A stretch of 64,000 nt of DNA, taken from IMG/VR virus record IMGVR_UViG_3300018004_000004, positions 124,001 through 188,000 of that record; one strand, given 5' to 3'. This document shows positions 18,758 to 29,235 of the stretch, piece by piece (positions within the stretch are counted from its first letter, which is position 1; the number at the start of each line of letters is the position of its first letter). Position numbers and translations under genes: made by a program. The notes beneath the pieces were generated by a model, which was not told where the DNA came from, did not search any database, and saw nothing but the letters and a program-made list of their open reading frames with translations.

Positions 18758-20377
18758 TTATACAGAGAGATTAATCGGAACACGTAGTTGCTGAGTGGTT
18801 ATTTGCTTGACACCACCCGATTGAAGTACAGCTTGAACATTCGTCGGAGCTGTAGGTATAGCAGGGGGTGTAACAACAAGGGTGTTCCCGTCCACAGCAT
18901 ACGACGACCCGCTTTGCGATGATAAGCTGCTGACAAGAGTTCCGAATGACTGGAGTCCGACATTGGGAGTCACCGCATTAGTGTTTAGGCTAGTAGTGTT
19001 ACCTACCGCTGTGGGCGTATTGGCCCCGGATTTCACGATCGACTGAATGATACCCAGCGAGGAGCTTAGTGACTTCAGGCTGGTTAGAAACTCAGTTGTA
19101 TTGCCTTGGTTCGTTAGCTTGCGCAAACTCAAGCGCTGGATTGAGGCCGAGACAGTCTGGGACTGTCTGACCGAAGCTGATTGTGACCAAGACAGGTTAG
19201 CACTGAGTAGCTGTAGGCCTTCTGGTATACCACTCAGCGTGGCTGCTTGAGCCGCAGTGATTGGAGGCGGAGCAAACCCGCCGGCCGCAACAGAGACCGA
19301 ACCAGTGATTCCTACATTCAGTATACTACCAATATTGAATGATGCCATAGCAGATTGCAGGGTTCCTATAGCACCGCCAAAGCTGGCCGAAGGACCTATA
19401 GCTACTTGATTCAGATAGTCAAGATTGCCAGCATGAGATCCTACATCACTGAGCAGTCTAGGAAGAAGCTGATTGTCAACACTATCGTGTGCACTCTTTA
19501 TTGCAGGCTGATGCTGGAAAGCAATCAGGTTCTGCAACATTGCTATCATCCTATTAAGGTCCGAGGTTGGCTGAGTAGATAGCGTAGCCACGACAGACGG
19601 TAGAGACGTTTCAGTTGGATCGGGGGAAGCCACCACCTGGTAGATCCCCGCATAACTTTGTTGCCACTGATCCAGCACTCCATTGAGTTGCTCCGACAAA
19701 CTATTGCTAACATCAACCGAAGCTCCATTCAGATCCCGGTCAGACGAGCCCGATGGATTCTGAGTAGTAGCTAACTGTGCCGGTGTCAACTGCGGCACCG
19801 ACAGAATAGGATAGCCCATCAGGGTGTTAGTCAGGGAATCGAAGATCACCTGGTCACCCTGCAACGAGCGAAGTAGAATGGGAAGAGTCTGGTTATACTG
19901 CCCGGTGCTAATCAGGGCATTCTCAAAAGCCCTACTAGCTAGACTTACATCCGCGCGCTGCAATGGCTGAATCTGCACCGGAGAATCTGGTGAGTTCAGT
20001 AGGTCGAATCGAAGAAAGTTGATGTCCGTCTGCAATAGCTCCGTATACATCGTCATATCCATCGATGTAGGAGCATCTGTCACATTATAGATACGGGACA
20101 ATGCTCGAGCCAGATCCGGATTCGCTGCCAAATCAAAGGTAACGCCAAGCCCCTGGACCAAGGAAAGCAGAGCTTGCTGCAGATACGCTGCTGTATCATT
20201 CATGTCCGACAGTCGAGTCACCAAAGCTGCAGCATTGCTATTGGCAGCTGCACTACTGCCAAAAGCACTAGAAGTACTTACCGCGGTCCCTACTGGATTA
20301 GTGCTGGGAGAGAGCACGCTAATCGGCGGGATCGTCGGGGGCGGAGTGTAGCTAAACTTGATCGGTTTGAAAGACAC
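18758..20377 (-). CDS. Hypothetical Ser/Thr/Ala-rich virion protein
   Basis: 539-aa ORF between TerL and portal. Confidence 0.55.
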   Translation of the reverse strand: MSFKPIKFSYTPPPTIPPISVLSPSTNPVGTAVSTSSAFGSSAAANSNAAALVTRLSDMNDTAAYLQQALLSLVQGLGVTFDLAANPDLARALSRIYNVTDAPTSMDMTMYTELLQTDINFLRFDLLNSPDSPVQIQPLQRADVSLASRAFENALISTGQYNQTLPILLRSLQGDQVIFDSLTNTLMGYPILSVPQLTPAQLATTQNPSGSSDRDLNGASVDVSNSLSEQLNGVLDQWQQSYAGIYQVVASPDPTETSLPSVVATLSTQPTSDLNRMIAMLQNLIAFQHQPAIKSAHDSVDNQLLPRLLSDVGSHAGNLDYLNQVAIGPSASFGGAIGTLQSAMASFNIGSILNVGITGSVSVAAGGFAPPPITAAQAATLSGIPEGLQLLSANLSWSQSASVRQSQTVSASIQRLSLRKLTNQGNTTEFLTSLKSLSSSLGIIQSIVKSGANTPTAVGNTTSLNTNAVTPNVGLQSFGTLVSSLSSQSGSSYAVDGNTLVVTPPAIPTAPTNVQAVLQSGGVKQITTQQLRVPINLSV

Positions 20378-20378
20378 G

Positions 20379-20795
20379 TTAAGTTACCGACTTAATAGTA
20401 CTGTTGAAAGACGCTTGGCTAGTAAGAATATCTTGTGGTGCAACCAGAACATTCTGAATACCTACTAGGGACAGCACTTGACTGCCTAGAGGCGCACTGC
20501 CAAATGCGGGGATGTGAATCAACGTAGCCAACATCTTTGCGTTGTTCAGGATCAGATTCTTAATCAAGCTCCAAGCTATACGCAAGGTATGGCTTGTGGA
20601 GGAGTACAGATTCATCTGGAACTTGAAGTCAGACAAGCTGTGCCAGTCTTGATTCATCAAGCCCTTCATAGATCCATATTGCAGATTCTGCCGGCCGGGC
20701 CAATCCTGTAGCTTAGTCTGTAGATTCAGACCTAATGAGACATGGAACTGGTCCAGTATACCACTGGCAAGATTACTCTGAACCTGGTCCGGCAT
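20379..20795 (-). CDS. Hypothetical protein
   Basis: 138-aa ORF filling the gap after TerL. Confidence 0.5.
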   Translation of the reverse strand: MPDQVQSNLASGILDQFHVSLGLNLQTKLQDWPGRQNLQYGSMKGLMNQDWHSLSDFKFQMNLYSSTSHTLRIAWSLIKNLILNNAKMLATLIHIPAFGSAPLGSQVLSLVGIQNVLVAPQDILTSQASFNSTIKSVT

Positions 20796-22836
20796 TTGGT
20801 TTCACACCTCTACGAGGAGCTATAAAAGCATTATCAAAAGGATTACCTTGAGGTCTTTGGTACTGACCTTGGATGGTGTTCGGCTGAGAACGCGACGGCA
20901 CTCTGCTGTTCTGCCCAGGCGGCCGGAAGGCAGCAGTTCTACTTGGAACTCTTGAGCTAGCCACTTTGTTCTTGCCTGGGATTACGATATGACTAAACTG
21001 CCCTGGAAGAACGATCTTGGGTTCGGTACCATCTTCCTTATCTGGCATCTGACGCGAAGGTACCTTAGAGGCCTCTTCAGCACGTTGACGAGCCTCAGCT
21101 GCTTTCTGAGCGTCTCTAACTGGATCACTTGGCCCTCCACCTAATGTACCGTGGGCAATCTGTGCGATACGCTGTTGGGCTGGTATGGCTGTAATACCAT
21201 ACTTCATTTCGACGCCAAGCAGCGCCAGCATTGTAGCATCTAGATCGTGGTCACCTTCTTTGCCGCACTCATAGGTATTGGCAAAGCCATGCTGAGACCA
21301 GGTCTTTACTCTGTACGCGCGCAGCTGGGCATCCAGAATGTTATCCGCATCGGAGTATTGGAATAACCCACCTTCCAAGCACATGACAGCACCTTCAACC
21401 ATGAAGGGCTTGGTACGTCTCTTCTCTTCTTCCTTATCAATGTACTTGGAGTTCCCGCGGTTAGGAACAAGCTTGTTGGTTACCATCTCGGCGCCGAAGT
21501 CGATGACCTTGACTTCCATCAGCTTCTTCGTATCCGGATCAGTTGCGTTCTTGCCCATAAGGCGAAGCATCTCATCCTGGACATTGCCGAACCCGCGGTC
21601 GATATAGACACCTTCACAGTGCCAATACTTATTCATATCCTTGATCTTGTCAAGGCTATCTTGTGTGGTAGTTTGTGGACCATCTACGACAGCGGACTCT
21701 ACCACTCGACGCATTTTAGATGTAGGGTTGTATTCGACTACACGAATACGTGTGCCTGTACCTTGGCCATTCCAATCCACACCCATGTAATAAGCCATGC
21801 CAGGTAGAGCGCGACATTGCTTGTAGTTGTAGTTCGTACGCGCGCGGTCTACATAAAAAGACTTGAAGACACCTTGTTTCAGGTCGCCGAACTCAGCCAT
21901 GAACTCATGACGGAATACATCATCAGTTCTTGCTTCACGTCGGCACGCGTCTTCATATTCCTGGTCGAAATCAGGATGCATCGTGATCGGAGCATAGAAC
22001 TCACGATACGTGGGATCCTGAACGCACATCTGCCAGTAGGTAGAACGCAGTCCTGTTGGCGTCGAGGCGCCATGAAACTCAGTATTACGATAACGGCGTA
22101 AGAGAGGAGTTACAGCCCCATAGTCAGCTTCTGTCAGCAGGTCTTGCTCTTCAAGTCTGATACGACGCGGTGATTGAGAACGGATGACATTGGCGCCGCG
22201 GCCGGATGACGAGCCGGCCGTGAAGATCGAGACCTTAGATCCATTACGGAACGTGATCTCAAAGTAAGGCTGCTGCTTACGTCCTTTAATACACTCACTG
22301 AGTTCGGGATTGTTATCGCACTGCCATTGAATATCATCGAACCACTTCTGAGCTTGTGCCTTCGCCGGGCACAAGATCAGTAGTTCGTAGTTCTTATGGG
22401 TTGTTATCTTATGGAGTTCTTCGATAACACCCAAAAGAGTCTTGCCCATACCACGACCCATGCGATCGATCTTGTAGCGAGCCGAGCAAGCGAGCACCGG
22501 CTCCTGGTAGTCACGCGGAGTAAACGGCGTAATCGTACCCTTGTCATCGATTACATGGATGTACTTCTTAGCCCAGTGAATAGGATCGAGGATGTCCCGG
22601 ACATCCTCTTCCTGAAGCTCTGGCTTACGCTCACATGTCTTCTTGATATCTTCTTCAGTATAGATACCTTGACAGATGATGCTGAAAGGCTTACCAGGAT
22701 ACTTCTCTTGGTATTTCTCGTGACAAGCCCTGCAAACAGGGTTATCCATACGCCGGAGAACATCCGGTGCAGTGGTCTTTCCATCCGATCGTGTATTGCG
22801 TTTTACGACCGGGAGTAGGAACTCGTCACGATTCAT
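20773..22836 (-). CDS. terL: Terminase large subunit
   Basis: FTPRDYQ adenine-binding motif, Walker A RMGRGMGKT, Walker B-like IRLEE, motif III ASTP, nuclease GVDWN...DRG.G...DHDLDA. Confidence 0.9.
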   Translation of the reverse strand: MNRDEFLLPVVKRNTRSDGKTTAPDVLRRMDNPVCRACHEKYQEKYPGKPFSIICQGIYTEEDIKKTCERKPELQEEDVRDILDPIHWAKKYIHVIDDKGTITPFTPRDYQEPVLACSARYKIDRMGRGMGKTLLGVIEELHKITTHKNYELLILCPAKAQAQKWFDDIQWQCDNNPELSECIKGRKQQPYFEITFRNGSKVSIFTAGSSSGRGANVIRSQSPRRIRLEEQDLLTEADYGAVTPLLRRYRNTEFHGASTPTGLRSTYWQMCVQDPTYREFYAPITMHPDFDQEYEDACRREARTDDVFRHEFMAEFGDLKQGVFKSFYVDRARTNYNYKQCRALPGMAYYMGVDWNGQGTGTRIRVVEYNPTSKMRRVVESAVVDGPQTTTQDSLDKIKDMNKYWHCEGVYIDRGFGNVQDEMLRLMGKNATDPDTKKLMEVKVIDFGAEMVTNKLVPNRGNSKYIDKEEEKRRTKPFMVEGAVMCLEGGLFQYSDADNILDAQLRAYRVKTWSQHGFANTYECGKEGDHDLDATMLALLGVEMKYGITAIPAQQRIAQIAHGTLGGGPSDPVRDAQKAAEARQRAEEASKVPSRQMPDKEDGTEPKIVLPGQFSHIVIPGKNKVASSRVPSRTAAFRPPGQNSRVPSRSQPNTIQGQYQRPQGNPFDNAFIAPRRGVKPNAGPGSE

Positions 22837-22845
22837 TGGCCCTGA

Positions 22846-23172
22846 TTAAGGTTGAGCGGGCGCTGGGGCAGCCTGGGGAACTGGAACAGGCGCCGGAGCT
22901 GGCTTCTCAAGCTTATTGATTGTCTTGTAGTCCGCGAGAGCGATACCGTATTCAGTATGCGACAGACCGCGGTCCTTAAGAACAGCGATTACGAAATCCG
23001 ACACTTCTTGCGCTGCCTGATCGACAATAAGCTTAGCCTGGGCCTTGGCGTATTCTTGCTGACGTACAAGATGCTGAAGCATGGCGCTTTCATGAGCATC
23101 TAGCGGCTTTATGGCGGGAGCAGTCTCAACGGGCTTCGCACTGCTAATCGGGGTGACCTTCTCTTTCTTCAT
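22846..23172 (-). CDS. Small helical protein (fibre-chaperone-like)
   Basis: 108 aa, coiled-coil character, follows fibre genes. Confidence 0.45.
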   Translation of the reverse strand: MKKEKVTPISSAKPVETAPAIKPLDAHESAMLQHLVRQQEYAKAQAKLIVDQAAQEVSDFVIAVLKDRGLSHTEYGIALADYKTINKLEKPAPAPVPVPQAAPAPAQP

Positions 23173-23226
23173 TGTATCCTCCTAGGGATTCTTAGAATAT
23201 ACCATAAACTCAGGATCTAGCCAAAC

Positions 23227-23436
23227 TTACTTAGGGCAGTTGGCACAGATAGCTGACCCATCCTTTTGGGTCTCATATCGCACTACCTTCCGACCACACT
23301 TACTGCAAACCGTTGCCCTCTGAGTAGCAGCCAAAACCACCTGGGCCTGGGCTACCACCTTAGGCTTATGGATCACCGCATAGGTCGACAGACCCAAGCT
23401 GACAACACTGATTATGATTGCGATGATTTCAATCAT
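23227..23436 (-). CDS. Small membrane-anchored zinc-ribbon protein
   Basis: N-terminal TM helix; CSKC...CANC. Confidence 0.55.
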   Translation of the reverse strand: MIEIIAIIISVVSLGLSTYAVIHKPKVVAQAQVVLAATQRATVCSKCGRKVVRYETQKDGSAICANCPK

Positions 23437-23439
23437 GGT

Positions 23440-26244
23440 TTACTCGTAGACCACAAGAACGTTGCAGTTGGCTGTTGTGATTGCCAGCTCCAAGCCTGTA
23501 TAGAATGGGATCTCTTTCAAGTCCACATAAATAACGCCTGGGTTTGCGCCACCGCCGGTCGGGATAGCCCCTGATGCCCACAAAATCGTTCCTGAAGCCG
23601 CCGTATTATCGTATAACGTAATCGCAGCATTGTTCGTGATGTTGCTGATAACGATAGAGCGTAATGCTCCGGCTCCAATCTTCAAGTTGATACCAGCAGT
23701 TGTACCTGACTGGAAGAAGGAGATAGGAGCTGTTGAATCGCGCCCTTCACGAAGAATGGAAGCATCCCAAACTTCCAAACTTGCTGATGTGCTAGCTGCT
23801 GTACTTGTTGCCCAAGCATTGATTGGGAAGATAGGTATCTGATAGAGAACGCCTGTCGTCGGAGTGACCGAGTGAACGAGCAGGTTGTCTACGAAGAAGT
23901 AGGCGCCTGTCACACTGTACTGAATCTCATACAGATGGACGTTCGTGTCCAGAACGAACTGACTAACTACACCATTGAAGGAGCCAGATGTAACTGTCTG
24001 TATGCTGGTGGCATGTACAGTGTTGATTTGGAGCTGGCCGGAAGCGTTCACAGAAAAGTAACAACCGTTCTGTGGAGCAACAGTGGACAAGGTAACAGCT
24101 CCCCAAGCACGGAGAGTGTTAGCAACTGTGACTGCTGTCAGTCGGACGTTGGCTGCGAAAGCCAGAGGATGCGAGTGGATATAACGCCCGCTACGAACGG
24201 AAGTCAGCTTGCCATATGCACTAGCAGCAGTACCACTAGTAAGTGTAGCAATGGAGTTCGCCACACCAGCAGCAGAACCTGTCCCGCTGTTTGCCACTGT
24301 CCAAAAGTTCGTGTCCACAGAGGCAGCAAAAGGTACACCCACGACCTTGTAAGGCTGGTTGACAGCCAGAGTGTGGGCAACATTAGAAACGACTGGGAAG
24401 CCGTCCTTATCTGCAATACCTATGATTGACGTGCGCAGGTTGCCATTGATATCCAGCGAACGAGGAATAGCCTCGATCATCGGGGCAGCGAATGTTTCCA
24501 GACGGAATGTTGTGGTTGTAACTGCGCCATTGTTGGTGACGCGCACGCGATAACTCTTACCAACTGCCTGAACTGTGAGACCGAAAGACTTGCCCGGGAC
24601 ATAGGTATAAGAGTCTGTTACATCGAAGTGCGTACCATCACCAGACTGATCAATGAAAACCGTGCAGGTCTGGTCAGAGAAGAACATCACCTGGATGGCA
24701 CCGACGCCCAGAGCATTAGTTGTCGTACCAGTGAATGTGGCGCCTGAACCTATGTTAGCAGCAGATGTGTTGTTGGCATCCGCTGTGATATTCTGAATAG
24801 TTGAAACAGCCAAACATACATCGCCATCAGCATCTATATAATGATCGTAAGACGCTCCGTTATCTGCATAGAGCTGAGCAGCTACAACCTTGGAAACTGT
24901 CTGGTCTGCTGGTGTGGTGATCGAAGCTGCGATGGCAGCGAGATTGCCACCTGTCTCTTGTGCAGCATTGGCAGGCAGAGGAAGTGCGGCTGCTGTGATA
25001 GCAACGTTCCCACTATCGTGAACAGGAAGAGGATTGGTGAGGGCTGCTGCAACTGCTGAACCGATAGCTGCTGCTGTTGGAGGAGTTAGGGTTGTAACCT
25101 GAGCAGTTGGAAGCGGATTTGTAGCTGGGTTGCTTACGATTGCCGAAGCAATAGCTGCTGCTGAAGGCGCAGCAACTGCTGCTCCGATTGCAGCCGCAGT
25201 GGGAGGCGTAATAGCACTGATTGTACCAGCACTCAAACTGACTGTGCCGCTAACCACACCGTTGAATGTTGTGGGAGGGTTGGAAACTATAGCAGAAGCG
25301 ATTGCAGCAGCAGACGGCGCAGCAACAGCAGCACCAATGGCTGCTGCTGTCGGAGGAGTAAGAGTTGTGACTTGTGCTGTAGGAAGAGGATTGGTAGCCG
25401 GGTTGGAAACAATGGCTGCTGCAATAGATGCCGCGGTCGGAGGCAGAGTACCAGCGATAGTAGAGAGATAACCTTCTGCGATTGAATCTTGAACTGCGAA
25501 TGTTCCTGCGTTCGTGACTGCGATGGACTGACCAGCAGCCAGTGTGACGTTCGGGAGAGCCAGGACGTTAGCATTGACGCCAATGACCGTCTGTCCGGTA
25601 GGAGCAGAACCCCAAGTAGAAGGAGTACCAAGATTGACGCTATCCCATTGGGTGATGTTGTTCGTGCCGGTAACCGTACCGGTAAATGTGCCCAAGACGC
25701 GAAGGTTGCCGTTTAGATCGGTGGACAGAAGGACTTCATTGCCCTCAGTGTAGAGAGGAGCAAGGTTGGAAGCCTTGGCGGTGAGAGCACCGACGTTGTT
25801 ATTGCTTGGAGCCTGACCGTTGCTGGTAAGAGTTCCTACAACTGTCTGCTGTGCCGAGAAGTTGTCGATAACAACGTGGTTGCCCGTGCTGTTGCCGATC
25901 GTGCTCCACACATCGAACTGTGTGCCGCCAGCGAATGCTGTGACATTGAGACGATAGAAACCCCCTTCGCTACAAGTCGCTGCGAGCATTGGTTGGGAAA
26001 GGGGAGACCACGTATCCACGACTTCCCAATAAGCTTGTGCTCCCAGAACTGGGGTAAACTCGAGGTTGATAACGATGTTCGAGAACGTCCCGACAACATT
26101 GTAGAGCCCAAACACAAAGTTTCCAGGCTCCCCGTGAAAACGGGGAACAGAATCCTTCACAAAGTATTGAGTGCTTGGACCTGTGCCAGTCACCCCTGTG
26201 AGGATGGGAACGATTGTGCCGCGAACTATGTTGAGTACGCTCAT
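23440..26244 (-). CDS. Long tail fibre/spike-like protein with Ala-Pro repeats
   Basis: 934 aa; repeats of PPTAAAIGAAVAAPSAAAIASAIVSNP; beta-rich lectin-like C-terminal region. Confidence 0.6.
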   Translation of the reverse strand: MSVLNIVRGTIVPILTGVTGTGPSTQYFVKDSVPRFHGEPGNFVFGLYNVVGTFSNIVINLEFTPVLGAQAYWEVVDTWSPLSQPMLAATCSEGGFYRLNVTAFAGGTQFDVWSTIGNSTGNHVVIDNFSAQQTVVGTLTSNGQAPSNNNVGALTAKASNLAPLYTEGNEVLLSTDLNGNLRVLGTFTGTVTGTNNITQWDSVNLGTPSTWGSAPTGQTVIGVNANVLALPNVTLAAGQSIAVTNAGTFAVQDSIAEGYLSTIAGTLPPTAASIAAAIVSNPATNPLPTAQVTTLTPPTAAAIGAAVAAPSAAAIASAIVSNPPTTFNGVVSGTVSLSAGTISAITPPTAAAIGAAVAAPSAAAIASAIVSNPATNPLPTAQVTTLTPPTAAAIGSAVAAALTNPLPVHDSGNVAITAAALPLPANAAQETGGNLAAIAASITTPADQTVSKVVAAQLYADNGASYDHYIDADGDVCLAVSTIQNITADANNTSAANIGSGATFTGTTTNALGVGAIQVMFFSDQTCTVFIDQSGDGTHFDVTDSYTYVPGKSFGLTVQAVGKSYRVRVTNNGAVTTTTFRLETFAAPMIEAIPRSLDINGNLRTSIIGIADKDGFPVVSNVAHTLAVNQPYKVVGVPFAASVDTNFWTVANSGTGSAAGVANSIATLTSGTAASAYGKLTSVRSGRYIHSHPLAFAANVRLTAVTVANTLRAWGAVTLSTVAPQNGCYFSVNASGQLQINTVHATSIQTVTSGSFNGVVSQFVLDTNVHLYEIQYSVTGAYFFVDNLLVHSVTPTTGVLYQIPIFPINAWATSTAASTSASLEVWDASILREGRDSTAPISFFQSGTTAGINLKIGAGALRSIVISNITNNAAITLYDNTAASGTILWASGAIPTGGGANPGVIYVDLKEIPFYTGLELAITTANCNVLVVYE

Positions 26245-26247
26245 GAG

Positions 26248-26631
26248 TTATTTGCTCTTCTTGGAACCTTTCTTCCAGTTACAGTTGGCACAGAGAAGTT
26301 GGTATTTGCCTTCTGTGTCTTTTAGGACCTTCTGATAAATAGTCTGGGTCGCTTTCAACTTCTTTCGCTCTTCGTATCCACCGCCATAAACATGGTCTAC
26401 TTGAAGCATGGTTCGGTCTTTACATCCAAAAGTTCCATCTTCATTTAGCCATCTACAATCTGGATTGGAACATTTCCCACCCAAGAAAATAAGAACAGCA
26501 TCCCGAAGTCGACGATAGTAGTTTCGTTGGTAGATCTTGAAATAGGGTCTGTTCTTGGCATACCAGCGATGGTTAGCAGCACGCCAACTCTTCTGACGGG
26601 CAGCTTTCTTGGCTGGGTCCTTGTATGGCAC
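26248..26631 (-). CDS. Free-standing HNH endonuclease
   Basis: GGKC...C...LQVDHVYGGG...YQLLCANCNWKK. Confidence 0.8.
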   Translation of the reverse strand: MPYKDPAKKAARQKSWRAANHRWYAKNRPYFKIYQRNYYRRLRDAVLIFLGGKCSNPDCRWLNEDGTFGCKDRTMLQVDHVYGGGYEERKKLKATQTIYQKVLKDTEGKYQLLCANCNWKKGSKKSK

Positions 26632-26865
26632 TTAGAGTAGTCCTCGCAAATCAGAAGCCATAAGTTTGGCTTCTCTGCGCAGAGTGTTCTCTGATTTCTT
26701 TGGTTCACTCTCGAACCAAGCTACAAGCTTGGCGAGTAGTTGTGTGTCTTGAGTCTTGATTGTAGAAACTTCCTTGACTACTTTCGTTGCTGGCTTGCGG
26801 AAATAGTAATCTCCGCCAGCTCCAGCAGCAAGACAAACGATGGCAATGCAGATTTCGAGAATCAT
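26632..26865 (-). CDS. Small single-pass membrane protein
   Basis: MILEICIAIVCLAAGAGG then basic/helical tail. Confidence 0.5.
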   Translation of the reverse strand: MILEICIAIVCLAAGAGGDYYFRKPATKVVKEVSTIKTQDTQLLAKLVAWFESEPKKSENTLRREAKLMASDLRGLL

Positions 26866-26951
26866 GTTAGTGTTTAGACCGTGCTTGGGACTTCCTTTGA
26901 GCAATACGTTTCTTTGCTGGATCTTTTATCGCCACTGGTGAGCCTATTGGG

Positions 26952-28268
26952 TTATCTGATGAAAAGAATGACTGGCTTTGCTGTTGCTGGCGGAGGCGGG
27001 GGTGCTCCGGCAGCCGCAAAGACAGCCGCTACCATCGCAGACATCGACCCGCCAGCCGCCTCATAAAATCCCGGGGTGATGTTGTTTTGCTGCGTGGTGA
27101 AAATAGCGTGTCCTGCACCCTGAGCCGTCGAGGGGGAGATTTGTGTGTCATCTGTAATCCCACCTAGAGTGAGGGTGACAATAAAATCCCCACCACCCAA
27201 GCCTCCGGTCATCATACAAACAATCGTGTTGACGGCCACCGTGGAAAACGGACCTGTTGTTAATAAATAGGCACCGACGTTCGCGGTTCCGACCGAATCG
27301 AAAGGACTAGTTGTGCTGGCCCCTGAAATCTGCCAAGCAAAGATCGACGAGTATTGCACAGTCGGAGACACATTCACCGTGATGATATTAGTTGCGTTTC
27401 CAAGACAGTTCTTGACATAGTAGAAGACTACGTAACCACTCGAACTGTTGAGCGCTGAGCCGCCCGGAACAAGAGTGTAGTTGGCATTGTTTCCAGCCGT
27501 GTCGGTGATGGACGTGATGGGATTCGAGGTGAAATAACCATAGAAAGCGCAACCCAGAACCAACAAACTTCCCGGGGTCAAGTTCATTCCCGCTGTCGTA
27601 AGAGGAGTTACAGAACCACCAGCTTGCCCTCCAAAGTCCGTATTCACAACCGCGAGATTATTTACTGGTGAAGCGTTGTAAAAAGAAATCCCGAACTGTA
27701 CCCAAGTTGCAGAACCGCTTAATGTGGTGCTAACGGTTGTACTTGAAACGGCAGACGTGACATCGAGATGGGCTCCATACGACGTGTTCGTCTGCCCAAA
27801 GCTTCCATCATCAATCATCGGGGTCGAGCCAACAAACGGAAGCGAGCCAGTTGTAGCGTTGGTGCCGTTGCCTACGAAGTTGATTATCGCTTCGTCAGCA
27901 TACGCAGTAGCAAAACTCGGAACTGACGGAGCAGCCGATGTTCCTGTTGCGGTTACATACGCATCTAACGTATTGGCACCAGCGATATCCCATGCCATGA
28001 TTCCGCAATACGTAGGCGTTTGTCCGCCGAGAGAAATGACATTAGATGCATTACCTACGCAGTTCACGCAGTAGAAAACTCGCGAATACCAACTGCCAAT
28101 ATGGACAGAGGGCCCAGCCGGAACATAGCTGTTCCCAGCGGTGTCAACGATATAAGGAGTTTGAGCGTTGTAGTTATTCACGCCCACAACAATGACGTGT
28201 CCGGCTGACTGGCTATAAGCAGGAGTACTGTAAGTGCCTCCACCGATGAATGTTGTAGTCGAAGGCAT
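26952..28268 (-). CDS. Beta-rich virion protein with two tandem paralogous domains (putative receptor-binding/fibre)
   Basis: Two copies of ITDTAGN.Y...G...VFYC/VKNC.GNA.N.I...AW.I.GA; Pro-rich linker; C-terminal VILFIR. Confidence 0.6.
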   Translation of the reverse strand: MPSTTTFIGGGTYSTPAYSQSAGHVIVVGVNNYNAQTPYIVDTAGNSYVPAGPSVHIGSWYSRVFYCVNCVGNASNVISLGGQTPTYCGIMAWDIAGANTLDAYVTATGTSAAPSVPSFATAYADEAIINFVGNGTNATTGSLPFVGSTPMIDDGSFGQTNTSYGAHLDVTSAVSSTTVSTTLSGSATWVQFGISFYNASPVNNLAVVNTDFGGQAGGSVTPLTTAGMNLTPGSLLVLGCAFYGYFTSNPITSITDTAGNNANYTLVPGGSALNSSSGYVVFYYVKNCLGNATNIITVNVSPTVQYSSIFAWQISGASTTSPFDSVGTANVGAYLLTTGPFSTVAVNTIVCMMTGGLGGGDFIVTLTLGGITDDTQISPSTAQGAGHAIFTTQQNNITPGFYEAAGGSMSAMVAAVFAAAGAPPPPPATAKPVILFIR

Positions 28269-28275
28269 AAAGGGA

Positions 28276-29232
28276 TTATCCGTTGCCGACGAGTGTTAGA
28301 CACACACCCGCTAGAGTTGAATCTGCTGTTGCTGGGCCATCCACTTCAAGGATGTCCGAAGCAAGGAAAGCGGTATCAGATGCTTGTGTCCAAGTGCCGA
28401 CCAGGCCGCCAGAAACACCAGCATCGAACACACAGGTAGCAAATGGTGAACCATTCTTATTGAAGGTGAATGTTGCTGCTGTGCCGCCTGTGCCTGTTGC
28501 CGCGACCTTAGCTACGGCATAAGAAAGCGAAGCACTGACAGGGAAATCTATCGCAATACCTAGCTTGCCATAAAAGAGAATCTGACCATTGGTTCCAACA
28601 CCAGGAGCATAAATAGCAAGAGGCTTGGCGCTAATCCCAGGAGATCCTGTCGCTCCGGTTGCGCCTGTAGGTCCTGTAGCACCCGTCGGTCCTGTCGCAC
28701 CGGTAGCTCCGGTTGCGCCTGTAGCACCTGTACCTGTTGGTCCAGTAGGTCCTGTTGGGCCTGTTGCTCCAGTTGGTCCAGTAGCTCCTGTTGGTCCTGG
28801 AGGCCCACCACTAGGTCCAGTTGCACCGGTGGGACCTGTAGCACCTGTAGGACCTGTAGCTCCTGTGGCACCTGTAGTACCCGGGCTGGTAGCTGAGCCA
28901 AACACATTGGCAGTTGTGCCGCCTGTGAATGTTGTACAGTTGAAACGATAAAGAGTGTTTTCAGCTATCGGGAAAGTTGTGCTAGGGGTTGCATGAGCAT
29001 CCCAGGAAGACACATTATTCCACGTCACACCATTATCAGGTGAGATCTGCAGTTCAAAAACCAGACCGCTAAAGGAACCAGTAGTGACAACTGTAGCTAC
29101 TAGTAAGTCAGCAGCATCTGCAACTGACGGCTTCAGGAATGGATAAGAAACGGAGAAACCTGTTCCTGTCGCACCAACCACTAGATGAGAGATATGGGTG
29201 CGAGCCAGTGCAAGAGTTGTAAGAGTCGGCAT
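28276..29232 (-). CDS. Collagen-like fibre protein (paralog of 1879..2625)
   Basis: GAT/GPT triplets; C-terminal domain KPLA...G.LGI.IDFP...[16 protein letters not shown] shared. Confidence 0.75.
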   Translation of the reverse strand: MPTLTTLALARTHISHLVVGATGTGFSVSYPFLKPSVADAADLLVATVVTTGSFSGLVFELQISPDNGVTWNNVSSWDAHATPSTTFPIAENTLYRFNCTTFTGGTTANVFGSATSPGTTGATGATGPTGATGPTGATGPSGGPPGPTGATGPTGATGPTGPTGPTGTGATGATGATGATGPTGATGPTGATGATGSPGISAKPLAIYAPGVGTNGQILFYGKLGIAIDFPVSASLSYAVAKVAATGTGGTAATFTFNKNGSPFATCVFDAGVSGGLVGTWTQASDTAFLASDILEVDGPATADSTLAGVCLTLVGNG

Positions 29233-29235
29233 GGG

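Noticed and set aside
1879-28620. Paralogous fibre C-termini as a possible DGR template/variable repeat pair
   Set aside because: Divergence is at all bases and includes indels, it is not adenine-specific, both copies are coding, and there is no reverse transcriptase in the window
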